64,000 bases of DNA from Dudresnaya verticillata (taxonomy: Eukaryota). The first letter of the stretch is position 1; the number at the start of each line of letters is the position of its first letter. A program made the position numbers and the translations under genes. The notes beneath the pieces are model-generated. The model was not told the origin of the DNA and searched no databases. It saw only the letters and a list, made by a program, of their open reading frames with translations. Location of the stretch: contig OZ374565.1 in assembly GCA_977862235.1 (NCBI GenBank), positions 1,488,001-1,552,000 of the forward strand, written 5' to 3'. Of this stretch, positions 25,957 to 37,793 are shown piece by piece.

Positions 25957-26466
25957 ATGAGGGTCATCTTCTTTACCCTGCTATTCGCGCTCTTCGCGGC
26001 TGCTCTGACCTTGTCGCTAGAGGAAGATGACAAGACCACGCTTCTGACGGACCGTGCAGAAACGACCCCAGGCCCATGCCCGTGCCGCTGCTTCCCGCGC
26101 AGCCGCCGCCGCCGCGTGTTCAGGAGTTGCAGGAACCTGCGAGGGATATGCGAGGTGACACGGTGCCCACGGCCGGGCTTTAGGAAACCTGGGCTGCAGT
26201 GCTGTGATGTGGAAGTAGAGATGTCGCCGAGCATGACGCCGTCGTCTTCACCGTCAGCCACGCCGTCCATGACGCCGACGCCGTCTATGACGCCAACGCC
26301 ATCGGCATCTCCATCAGCTAGCATGAGCATGACACCTGCTCCGATCGTCTGCCCCTGCAGGTGCAGGAGGCGTCGTCCGAGGGCGCGCAGGGACTGCAGG
26401 GGACTCCGGCCGTTCTGCCGGGTGACTCGGTGTGCGAGGAGGAGGTTCTATTGCTGTGACGCCTAA
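25957..26466 (+). CDS. Putative secreted Cys/Arg-rich protein with two Cys domains and a Ser/Pro/Thr linker (169 aa)
   Basis: Signal-peptide-like MRVIFFTLLFALFAAALT, acidic EEDDK segment, two repeats of C-x-C..C-x2-L-x3-C-x4-C..CC, (SP/TP)n linker; paralog at 30250. Confidence 0.85.
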   Translation: MRVIFFTLLFALFAAALTLSLEEDDKTTLLTDRAETTPGPCPCRCFPRSRRRRVFRSCRNLRGICEVTRCPRPGFRKPGLQCCDVEVEMSPSMTPSSSPSATPSMTPTPSMTPTPSASPSASMSMTPAPIVCPCRCRRRRPRARRDCRGLRPFCRVTRCARRRFYCCDA

Positions 26467-27153
26467 CCTGTCGAGTAAGTGAAGGTTTGAAATGAACTGG
26501 ACAGTGCTGGAGGAACGTATGATCTAAGCTGTTTTATTTCTGTAGTGAGTCGTTGGCTTCAGGCTGTGTCTTTTGATTTTCATGTTCTCATGTTCTCTTG
26601 TCCCTGAGCCCGCTTCGCAGGATTGCTGCTGAATTAGGCAAGCGCAAGCGCCATCTGAATACTTTGGATATGTCTGAAACGGAATAAACTAGTTGTCGCA
26701 TGTTTCTGTACCTCTCGTGTTCAGCGGAAGTTAGCCTTCGTATTCTTCGTGAAAGCGGCTCCGAGGCTGAGCCTTATTGCGGAAATAAGCGCTTAGTTGT
26801 AGTTGCTCTCTAATAGCGTAGCAGGATGGTATATCATACCTCACTACGACAGTTATTGGCGTTCCGCAGGCGGCCACTGGTCCCCCGATCTGGGCACGTC
26901 TCTGACAGGAGATGTGTGAGATGAGAGAATAATCCGTTAGGAGATTGTGAATGCAAGACCCGCAGTGTGCGGACACACAACAAACATAGATTCGCGGATT
27001 TGGGATGCGGAGAGGCCCTGCATACGTCATCGCGTTGCGGCCGAGAATTTCTCTCTTTCATCACAAATGTTGTGGCAGGGCTTATCTTCTCTTTGAACAA
27101 GGGTCGTCTCTCATATTGCAGCGGCACCGGGGAAAATGAACGGGGAACAGATA

Positions 27154-27652
27154 CAGTGAAACCCCGTTGAAAGCATCCTGCACTATGTGCATAACCGCGC
27201 TATATGCATACTGAACCATTCCGCCACCAAAGAACCTGCGATTTTCAGCCATATACTGTAAGTATGCACCCTGCATACCTGCATAATGCATACAGATCCG
27301 AGGACAACCCTTAAGTTTTGATTAATATTTGGCCCGTTAGTACGCCAAAATGCATAATTGTGGCGGAGGATGAGGATACTCTTTCAGTCGAGCAGGAGCT
27401 TCTCCGTCTCGTTCAGGCTCGGTCCATCCTCGAAAAGAATGGTAGCCTCTGTGACGCAGGCCGAAAGGCTTTTTACAAGTGGCAACGCTCTCTAAGAGTG
27501 GAGAAAGTTGCTTCTATGAAGCAAACAAGGATCTTAGACCACTTTTCGAGGAAATAATGAAGTTGTTGTCTAGCTCTCGGAAGTTGCATACCCCCCATAA
27601 AAGCATAAACACCCTTTCTCCCAACTAGCGTGCTTATAGCGAGGTTTCACTC
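27154..27652 (+). mobile_element. Non-autonomous pogo/Tc1-like transposon, copy 2 (internal deletion)
   Basis: TA-flanked TIRs CAGTGAAACCCCGTTG / TAGCGAGGTTTCACTC; remnant ends KQTRILDHFSRK. Confidence 0.88.
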
Positions 27653-28961
27653 TATGAACCTGCATCACCAGTTGCTTGCAAGTAAAGATGCTGGACCAGG
27701 ACAGCTTGCACTGCATTGCGAAGGGCGGTCTTAGGGAACATGTCCCGCAAACGTTTATCTAATCAAAATCCTGGCAAATGAAGCTGCGAATATGCAATTG
27801 CAGCTGTGGCTCACGACAGTCAAGTGGCACTTAATGTTAGAACGTAAGTAATGTTAGTGGCACTTGCAGGCACAACAAAGAACGATGTATCAGAAGAGGT
27901 GACCACAAAGGGTTACCCCAGTAGCCATTTTGAGATGGTAGCACCGTGGCTACCAAGTCCGCGAAGAGAGCGTTTTCCGCATAGTAGCGGAGGCCAGCCG
28001 GTGTAACCCACTGATTCAGTAGAACGAATAGAACTAAAGTTACACCAGAACTTGCAGGTAATAGATGAATAGCCGTGGGCGGGCTGGGAATCAAAAACAG
28101 GGCAACAGTCGGACGCGACTTTGTGGCAAGAACTCGAAAAGTTTCCAAAACTTCGTGCACGTCGCTCGCAGTCTCCAATCCGGATTGGTGCCGTGATCCA
28201 CTTCCAGCCACGCCTTTTTTCGTCCAACTCATCCCGCTATCGACATAGAACCATTTCCACGTGCCTCGAAACACACTACCTCTTCCCCGTCCCGCTAGTC
28301 GGGGTCGGGGAATTAAACATTCAAGGGAAGGGGGCGCAACCGCTGCGCTCGCACGAGGGAGGGCGGCTACCCCTGGGTGTCCTCCGGGGATATTTCGGAG
28401 GTGCCCGCTACGACACCGTGATGTGATAGATGCGCAGGTAGATAGATCGAATCGCTGCCGAACGCATGACGGCGTCAGCTATTGGATGTATCTTAACGCC
28501 CATCGCGCACGGCTACCGGCCAATTAACGTTGCAACGGACAGATGTGGCGAGCGATTTTGAGCTTGTTTCAGTTTTCACAGCAACAGCGGGCATGTCCCT
28601 GACTGTCCCACGATCGGCGACGCGAGTGTACGTGGACGCGCCGGTTAATGCCCCTGCCGGGCAGGGGTCCCAACTTCGACTGCGGGTCCTGTCGGCGCCT
28701 CTTCGCGCCCTTCCCAAAGCAATGGGCGGGCTCTGCTGCTGCTGCGGATGGATACGGAAGATGTGCGAGTTTGCACAGAGCTTTCTGTCTCGATGCAAGT
28801 GGCGCATTCGCGGCATGGTGGAACCGCACTGGGATCCCGCCTCGTCTTTTGGCAGACTGGGAAAGCCAGAAGGTTTTTTGCTCGACTTCGTGCCCACAGT
28901 TGCGCTGCAACTGTTGTTCCACTGTTCCTGTAGGCATGGCGAGTACATGACGTCAATGATA

Positions 28962-29498
28962 CAGTGAACCCCCGTTGTAAGCATGCTAGTTGGGAGAAAA
29001 TGTTCTTTATGCTTTTATGGGGGGTATGCAATTGCCGAGGGCTAGACAACAACTTCTCTATTTCCTCGAAAAGTGGTCTAAGATCCTTGTTTGCTTCATA
29101 GAAGCAACTTTCTCCACTCTTAGAGAGCGTTGGCACTTGTAAAAAGCCTTTCGGTCAGCGTCACAGAGGCTACCATTCTTTTCGAGGATGGACCGAGCTT
29201 GAGCGAGACAGAGAAGCTCCTGCTCGACTCAAAGAGTATTGGCTGTTGAACAGCTTGTGTGAAACAAGCGAGGGTGTTCAACTGTTTAAAATTTTGCAAT
29301 TATGCATTTTGACGTACTAACGGGCCAAATATTAATCAAAAATTAAAGTTTGTCCTCGGATCTGTATGCATTATGCAGGTATGCAGGGTGCATACTTATA
29401 TGGCTCAAAATCGCAGGTTTTTTGGTGGTGGAATGGTTCAGTATGCATATAGCGCGGTTATGCACATAGCGCAGGATGCTTACAACGGGGTTTCACTG
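28962..29498 (-). mobile_element. Non-autonomous pogo/Tc1-like transposon, copy 3
   Basis: TA-flanked TIRs CAGTGAACCCCCGTTGTAAGCAT / ATGCTTACAACGGGGTTTCACTG; internal sequence is the reverse complement of copies 1 and 2. Confidence 0.9.
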
Positions 29499-30249
29499 TA
29501 GAAGATCTTCGGCGGCCTCATGCTGCCGTTTGTTCTTTGACAGTTTACACAGCCCCGTGAGGGCACATCTTCTGGCAAAGATAACCGCCCCGAATGCGGG
29601 CCTATTCCACACTAACACCGAATTGCCTGTGTTCATTGCCCACTCCGCAGAGGCGGCCAGAATTGGCACAGCAACGCAGCATATGGGTCTCCGTGCACAC
29701 GTGTTTCATAGGAAATAAAGTCAACAAGCGACGCTTTGCACACTCTCTGAGGGACAATAGTCCGCAGTCAGCATCTTCGACAAATAAAGAACGCAGGTGG
29801 GAGCGACCTGCACCCTGTCGCATCCGTCTTGATTTTGTCACTGACATGGCGCTAATTCCTCCCAAACAGCAACCAGCCCCCCGATGTCTCCTTTCCATGC
29901 AGATCTGCAGCCGCTTTACAACCAGCATAGATGAGCTCCCGCTGCGCTTTCAGCTCCGGTGCTGGTTTCATTAATTGCATTGATGACAATACAGGTAGAA
30001 CAGGCCCTAGAAGACCCGTTCTGCTGCCCGCTAGATCATGTTCTGCCTGTTTTGTTAGAGGCCCCACAATAGTACACACCCTCGCACGATCCACCATATC
30101 TGAACCACCCGGCCGGATCCCTTCAAGGGAATAAAAGCCGACCCGCCCAAGCCCGACCCCCATCTCTCTCTCTCTCTCTCTCTCCTTCCTACCACTAGCA
30201 CTGCCCACTCTCCCCGATCCCAGTCCTACAACCACTTGCAAACGCTACA

Positions 30250-30761
30250 ATGAAGTCCACCTTCCTGGTCGCCCTCCTGGCGCTCATTGCCGCCGCCGTT
30301 TCGCAGGTCACCGTTGACCAGTCCAACCTCGGAGAGGAGGTCATGCGGTCCGAGATCTCCCCACCGCCATGTCCGGGCATCTGCTTTCCTAAGTTCAAGA
30401 AGAAGAAGGCTAAGAGGCAGTGCAAACAACTTCGCCCGTACTGCGAGTTGCAGAAGTGTCTCTTTGGAAAGAAAAACGCAAGGGATTCCAGTGCTTCGCC
30501 CCGGAAGTCGAGATCTCTCCCAGTCCGAGTTCTAGCGCCACCCCATCAGCGACCCCGTCCTCGACCCCGTCCGCATCTCCGTCCGCGTCGCCTTCCGCAT
30601 CCCCCATCGAAACCCTGCCGATTATCGAGTTCCCGTGCAAGTGCCGCAGGGGTCGCAAAGGAAAGAAGAAGGCTAAGAAGGAGTGCAAGACCTTGAAGCC
30701 GTTTTGCAAGGTCATGAAGTGCCGCCGCAAGAGGAAGGCCTTCTGTTGTTGTGACGCTTAA
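30250..30761 (+). CDS. Putative secreted Cys/Lys-rich paralog; 1-nt frameshift in an A-run near 30468-30476 (sequencing error or pseudogene)
   Basis: MKSTFLVALLALIAAAVS signal; CPGICFPK..C..LRPYCELQKC. The frame then shifts into KRKGFQCFAPEVEISPSP..PCKC..CKTLKPFCKVMKC..CCCDA*. Same architecture and CCDA end as 25957. Confidence 0.8.
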
Positions 30762-33700
30762 GTCCTAGAAAATTGCTCGAGTTTGGGGTAGCTCAAAGCT
30801 GTTACCACGGGATGGTAGTTACCGTTATTGTTCCCGGTCAATTCCATCTCCGAATGGATGGGAACGATTTTGCGTTTTCCTCGATGTAGTTAGACACATG
30901 AAATGGGGCGTTGTTGTGCAGTAAGTTGTAGCTCGGTGGAATTGTAATCGAACTAGAAAAGTAAACCTTCTGCCGGAATGTGCGGTTGGTAAGCAATCAC
31001 TCCTTCGAAAGGCATGAACTTTCTGATGTCATTTCGAAGCCCAGTTGCTGCTCGACATTGCTTCTGTGCGAGCCCGCAGTGATACGGTGTGGCAGTATTG
31101 CTTCAGTGACAAGAAGGCGTAAAACCTATCTTATGGGTGATTTGAATACTGTTCTTGGGACTTTGGTACAGGAGATACCGGCTGGGTGCCAATGTCTGGG
31201 ACTTTGAGGCACACTTCGAAATGGGCGTAGTGGAGTGGAAGTACACATATCGGTTTAACACCGAACGAAGACTTCGAGGAGCTGTTTCAGCACACACGGA
31301 TGGGCTCGGAAGAGCCATACTATGCTGCGAAGGAAGATGCGATGGAAAGGCCTTCCTCGCTCAACTGCGTCTGCAAATGTGAAGGAGATGTTCGACCAGC
31401 GACAAGCAGTTGGTAAGGGTCGTGGAGAGCTACAGCTGAACTAGTGCTGAAGGGCGGCAGCAACGGATGCTACATAGTTTTCTCGTGAGGGATAAACGGC
31501 AACTCGTCTAGTCGTCTGGTACAGCACAAAAACACGTGTCCAATGGTACGGTAACCCTACCACTAGCACCAGCCCGAATGCAGCTGCAGTACGAACTCCT
31601 CCCACTTTCCGAGCCTTCTAGTTTGCGTGCCGGCAACAGCGGCGGGTAAAAATCTCTCCTTGATGCTCCGAAGGGGCTTACCGTTTAGAGTGTTCGAAAG
31701 GGCTGGGTCCTTTTCGATTCTGAACAGATTTCGGCGATGACAGACATGTCGGTTGTCTGAGAGAGAGAGAGACCTTTATTAAAGAACAAGTCTGCGAAAC
31801 AAGCAGCTCTGAAATCATCTCGCGCTGGGCATTTGCAATTGCGTTTTCGCACGATTGCTGCGACCGTATGGTCATACACCAGCCCGCTGTGACGCTGTGC
31901 AGTCGCGTACTGGACATTGTCTGCCGTTCTTTCAATGGTGGACATGTCCAATGCCACCACAAACTCGTTTCTGGTTTCAGCATTCGCGTTTCGTTCATGC
32001 GTCTTGACCATATCACTGAACGCGTGCTGCCCCTTCGGCAGAATGCCACACACGATGCAATCCTAGTCCGCTTCACGGCTGCCGGTTGGTCTTCTTCACG
32101 CACCATCGATTTCCGGGGACACAAGTCTGTCCCTGCAGACAGGCTGTGTCATGCTGCTTGTGTGCACCGCCCAGGGGTATCAAATTTTGTGTCGAATCTG
32201 GGATGCTTGACGAAGTTACGCGAGTGGATGATGTGTCCCGTGATGCAACCCAAACCCGAACTTGAAAGGCTGGCGTCAGAGACCACAACTACTTGTTCAG
32301 GCAGTTGTCCTTTGCAGAGTTCTTGCTTTTCGTGCGGTTGAACGACCTTCCTGCCTGTCAATAGAATCATATTCCATGTCCTTCCGGGAAACGAAGCAAA
32401 CTTGAGAATTCGCCAATTCGCCTTCGCCGCTGTCGAAGGAGGTATGCAAAATGTTCCTAGTAACGTTCAGTGTCTGATACTTCGTTTTATGCATAAAGTC
32501 TCTCACACATTCTGAACCAGCAAACTGCTAAGTGTACTTTTAGGACAATGCAGCTAAATGACCCTAATCACCAGGAAACAGAAAAGAACAGGACAGCGAT
32601 AGCAGTACTCACCAGACGGTGATGTTTGATTTTAATGGTTGTTTAGGGTGTTCTTGTGCTGGTGTAGCCACTACCGCCTTCCGGAGTTGAAAAGGGACCA
32701 GCAGTGGACGATTGTCGTTCATCAACTGATGATTTCTTTATTGTTGCGGTTGACGGAATTCTTATACTACTCCCGTTCCCCTTCAGCCAGGTCAGTGACT
32801 TTCTATCCAAGTGCATCCAACCATAGGTGCCCTCCCAAAGGGAGTTACTTCATATTTAAGACGCATGTAACCTATCTTATGGCCCTACGTACAATCTTCT
32901 ATCAAGTACTGTCTAACAACGACCCCAATACAGTAGCCAGAAATTCAAACACTAATATCCAACTTGGTAACGCAGTTTTGGTTACCACCATATTTGGATC
33001 TTCTTCATGCATCACAATATGTCGATTCGATTCCGGGAAACCGAGTTCGACTCCCGCCAGGTCCCATGGTTCTACATTTTATCTCAAGGATTTTCCCCAC
33101 CGGGGTTGTTTGCCCATTCTTCTCATGGAGCCGGCTGGACTGCCTCCAGATCACGGGTGTAAGCCTTTCGAGTCTACCACATACAGTAGATATCTGGTTG
33201 GTTGGGCGTGTGCCTGCAAATGGGCCTTAGTCGCCCGCGCAACTGCGCACGTTAAAGATTCAATAAAATACAACATCACAATATCATTTCCTAGGTCATG
33301 CCCACAGTCCCCCATGGTTTCTGACGAAGCTTTTCTTTTTGTTCGTCAGTAAAGTCTCAAAAATTGGCAATGCGCTCTTTGACCTTAGCTTCTAGCTCTT
33401 TCTTATACGAGCCATGAAAAAACTCGTTGAGAGCCTTCGGAACATTCTCATATAGCGCCTGTGATTGCTGCCAAGTTCAGTCACAAGTGTCGGGCAGCCC
33501 GGCCCATTGCGTGCGCAGCATTTTTCCTTCATTTCTGGTGCAAACCACGCGCGGCGCCCCTGATATAACGTACCGCCGCAGGCGTGAAAACCAACGACGA
33601 TCCTTTACCGCCGTTCGGCGTGGAACAAAATTTTGTAACCGCCCACAGGCTTTGGCGCGGACAGAAACAGCCATTGGCGGACAAACCGTGGCCAACTCGG

Positions 33701-34354
33701 CTGCGTCTCAGGTGCGGCAAAAAGCCGAGTGTGGGTGACGTAGCATACGCGGCTGTACGCATACACGTGATACGCGCTGGCATGCGCATAGCAGTGCAAT
33801 GGGATCGCACACGTGTACGGTGTAAGCGTGGACCGCACTGTAAGGCATCAGCCGTATCCACGTGTGGGTCTAAGCAACGGGTACGCATTTATCTATCAGC
33901 AACGAGAGCGTAGGGTTCTACCAGCACACGTCTGCATCACAACCGTATTTGTCAGACACACGACGTAACAATACGTGTCCCGACTTCCCGCGCGTCTGTA
34001 TATTGTAGTACAAACTCTTATCTTGACGTATTACACCTCCGGATAGTTCATAGTCCGGTGAATATCCGCTGGAAGCGGGTATGTGTGGTATAACAAACGG
34101 AATTCTCCGAGGGCGGACTGTAAACGCCCTGGACGGTACAAGGAAAGCAAGAGAACAAAAGTGAAAAGTGTGGTATAACAGGCTCTGGAACGCCTTACGG
34201 AACCACGTGTACACGCAACGCCAGTAAGCCGTGGGGGACAAAAATGATATGGCCACGCGCCATTGGAAGATTATTTGCGTAAGCGCAACGTGCTATGAAT
34301 GGCTGCGCCGCGCGACAATTTGGCGGATATATGGCGAACTGCGTCCTACAGTGA

Positions 34355-35008
34355 TGTAGTAGTATGGCCCGTCAAGACAGAAATCCGCCAACCGGCAGGG
34401 ACAGCTGTCCTGACGGTGCACAACACACTAGCTTAGGTAGCTCGGGAAAAGGGGTTGGTAGAGACTTTGAAAGGCACAGAGCCTAAGGGAAAAGGGGGTA
34501 AAATCGGCGGCGCCACCCAGCTCGCACAGAGTAACCGTTGTTTGGAGGCAAGGCTCGTAAAGCATCTGAAAGGGAGGCTACGGTGAGTCCGTGAATTCCA
34601 GAAAAAGGGCAAGGACCCGAAACCCATCGTAGGGTTCTATTCAGGAGGCCCCTGCTACTCAGGGGCCTCTTAAGTATAACAGAGACGAAAATGCTCTTAC
34701 CTCCTATGAGCTATTCTAAGCTATTCTAGCTGCAATTATTAATCTAAATTGTCCACAACAGTTGTCAGTTATAAATACGGATTAGTGGTAGTACCGCGTC
34801 GGGCCGCGTGAGCGGCCACACTAGATTGCCAAATGGCAATTTGCCATCAAATTGGGTGCCAGGAGGGACACCAACGGGGCGCATCGTCCTTACAGCGCAC
34901 GGCGCTTGTGCGCGCCTTACAGCTTGATGCGCGTGGGCGTCTTACACCTTAATGCGCAGAAATGACTTACAGTGCACCAGCACTTCTGGTGCGGCTCATT
35001 CTTCCACA
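34355..35008 (-). repeat. 3' LTR of element 3
   Basis: Direct repeat of 46903-47548 with scattered substitutions and small indels; PPT AACGAGGGGGCCG adjacent (35009-35021). Confidence 0.95.
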
Positions 35009-35544
35009 CGGCCCCCTCGTTAAGGCTGAGAGACCCGCGAAGCCAGCAAGGCTGTTTCTATTGGCCCCGTCTTGGGCGAGCTTGAATTCCCAGTGGGGTA
35101 TTGGGCCAACGGCTCACTTGTAACCGCCGCCACAGGCGGTCGTTGAGAAACGGTTCCCAATAGTGACAAATCACTTGCTTCGCCGTCCCAATCTCAACGG
35201 CGCCCGTCTCATTATTGCGACGAACTTTGTGTGCTTTCGCGCGGAAAGCCCCAAGCGGCTGCACACATCAACAGCGTCACAGCGGCTTCCGCTACAGTTC
35301 CTTGTGCACGCCGACACTTCCCTCAACCATCGTCAACCGATCTTCCGCACCTTGCGCCCGGCGACGCCACCTAGCTTTCGCTTCCCTCGTCCGTTGCGGC
35401 GGCCTGCGCATTTTGCAGTAGCGGGACCTGCTGTAACCCGTCGCCACCCGTGCACCTCTTCCTCCGGCCAGGCCGTCACGTGCGTAATCGTCAAGAGTAG
35501 CCACTGTGGCTGGATAGAAGACCTGTTCACCCCGTGGCGCCAAG

Positions 35545-37793
35545 ATGAGTCATAGCTACATGGCTTATGGGGCCGCTGGCTCAAACAACGGTGTGCTGGG
35601 TATACAAGTGGCTGAGGCAGGAGTGCCTTTCACGATTAAGGAGAGCCGCGACTGGCGGGTGTGCACCGATCTCGCGCACCTCAAAGCGCGTGCTGGCGCT
35701 GATCTCACCGACATCCGTCGGCATGGAGCTCGGCAGGCGCAGCGTCGCACCTGGAATTCCCATGCCCGAGCGCGTTTGGCGCTATTATCCGGCATGACTC
35801 GTCGTCTGCCCGCCCTCTCGGGTCCTTGGCAGCGGGACTTAGCGCACCCGCGCTTCCGCCACGAGGTGCGTTACACAGCCACCTTGTGTAATAAGCTCAA
35901 CTATGAACTGGAGCAAATCCAACACGTCCACGACGTGGGGGAGTTCGACCTCGGGATGGTGGCGCATGAGCGCCCGCTGATCCGCAGCGGCAGGGACAAC
36001 TACCCTTACACCACGGCCCGGGTCGTCCGTTGGGACGAGACGTCCAATTTCAAGTTTGCCATGGACAACCCGCAAACGGCTATGCCTTCCGACCTCATAC
36101 GCTTTGAGCGTCGCAACCGACATCGCACCGGATGTTACGTCCCGGCCCATTGCAAGAGGTGACCTCTATCCGTCCGGAGTTCTATAGGTGAAGTACCCTC
36201 AAGTCGCAGGGGACCATGCCGAGATGGAGGTGTCTTATTCCATGCCCGTCGGCACGCCAACCATCATTGCGTATCTCGGATTGGAGATGATGGATATCAA
36301 CGCAGACGATAGCGTCTTATGGTCCATCTTTCGCCATGAGTGGATCGTGTTAGTGACGGAAGTATTCGTCTACGAAGCCCGTCGGGGCTTGTTATACTTC
36401 ATCAGCGCCCAGCTTCGTGGAGCCATCCGTTCTATAGGCTCTGCTGCCTTCACCGCCAACTCGGCTGACGCCTCAGACTTGGACCAGCTCTTGGTCTTTG
36501 TCGAGCCTATTCGCTGGAGGGGCGTCTCGAAACGCAATAGGCATCTGCCTGAGAACACCGGCCACCTGATGCCGGTGTACGACCGCGGCGATTGGGTTGA
36601 CTTCGACGCCGTCAAGTGGCACCCAGTCCTTCCGGACTATTTGATGGCACCTTTACCCACCGAGGGTGAACTCATCCAGCTGGATGAGGGCGAGCGTCGC
36701 ACTGGCTACACCAAGTTTTGGGTGAGTGTGCGTTGGCGCGATGAAGGACCTAAGCACCCTGATGAGGTGCCCCCTTTCGACAATACTATCGACGGGAAAG
36801 CGCAAGGTCCGTACGCCCCAGTGTTAACACACCGCCATCGGGCCGATGCCGAGATCCGTGATCTATTTGGCCGCCGTGGGTTGGCTATTCGCCTTGCTGC
36901 CCATTAGGGCATCTACTCCCTCAACCTTCACAGTCTCGATGACTGGGTTGAGGACGTGCTAGCCGAGTATGAAGCTCATTGGATAGGAACTCCAGGTCCG
37001 GTTGACCGCCTTTTGACTCACCTGAATAAGTTGCCCCGCTGGGCGGAGTCAAGGCTAAAGGTGAGCCTGGCGTGGAAATCAAGAAAGAGCCTGGCTCTAA
37101 GATTCGCCGCGGCATCGGCCGTAGTAAGCCGGGTTCTTCAGCCCAAGGCTCTCCAGCGCCCCTTCCGATTATCGACGCGAGGGAAGCCACCGCGGCTGAT
37201 GTGTCAAAGGTTCCGCATGAGGAGCCCCTTGCCACGGCTGGTGCTAGCGCGCCCAACGTCGCTCCGAGAGTCACGGCGCCTCCTTCTCAGCCATCGGCTT
37301 CTCGAGTTGGTGTCAGTCTGGGTCAGCATCGGCTAACCGTCCCAATGCCGAGGTGGCTGTTGGGGTCCCCTCAGGGCCGCCCCCTTCGGCTGCATCGGTC
37401 ACAGCACCGACTTCAATTAAGGCGCCTGCTAAGTCTTTGACTGCTGATTCTCCCCAAGTGGAGGAGAGGGCATCTACACCGCTGGCTCCCAGTCAAGCCG
37501 ATGAGGCCGTGCAGCCTACCGACGAAGTGCTAGTGAAGACCGAATTGGTGCTCAAAGAAGAGGAGGAGTTGGCTTCTGTGGGGGGCGATGTTGCGCCGAT
37601 GGATGTGGACCCAACGACAGCCAACGAGGCTCAAGGAACGGCAATGGAGGTTACTTGCCGGGGTCGTGGACCGCGTCGTGGCCAGCGTCGGCGGATCATC
37701 CACGAGGTGCGCCGTATCGTGACGACGCGGGCGCCTTCTGCACCTAACCCGCCTCTTGGCGATGATGAGGTCATTGATCTCCTATCGTATTAG
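35545..37793 (+). pseudogene. Antisense accessory ORF of element 3, unknown function
   Basis: Chain of ORFs 35545-36162, 36188-36907, 36956-, 37072-, 37353-37793. Motif-level similarity to 4234-7223; Ala/Pro/Glu-rich C-terminus. Confidence 0.8.

Noticed and set aside
31678..33352. ORFs of 120-237 aa as host genes
   Set aside because: No recognisable motifs or repeat support; possibly decayed TE sequence.
35545..37793. env gene
   Set aside because: Antisense to pol and no evident signal peptide or transmembrane anchor.
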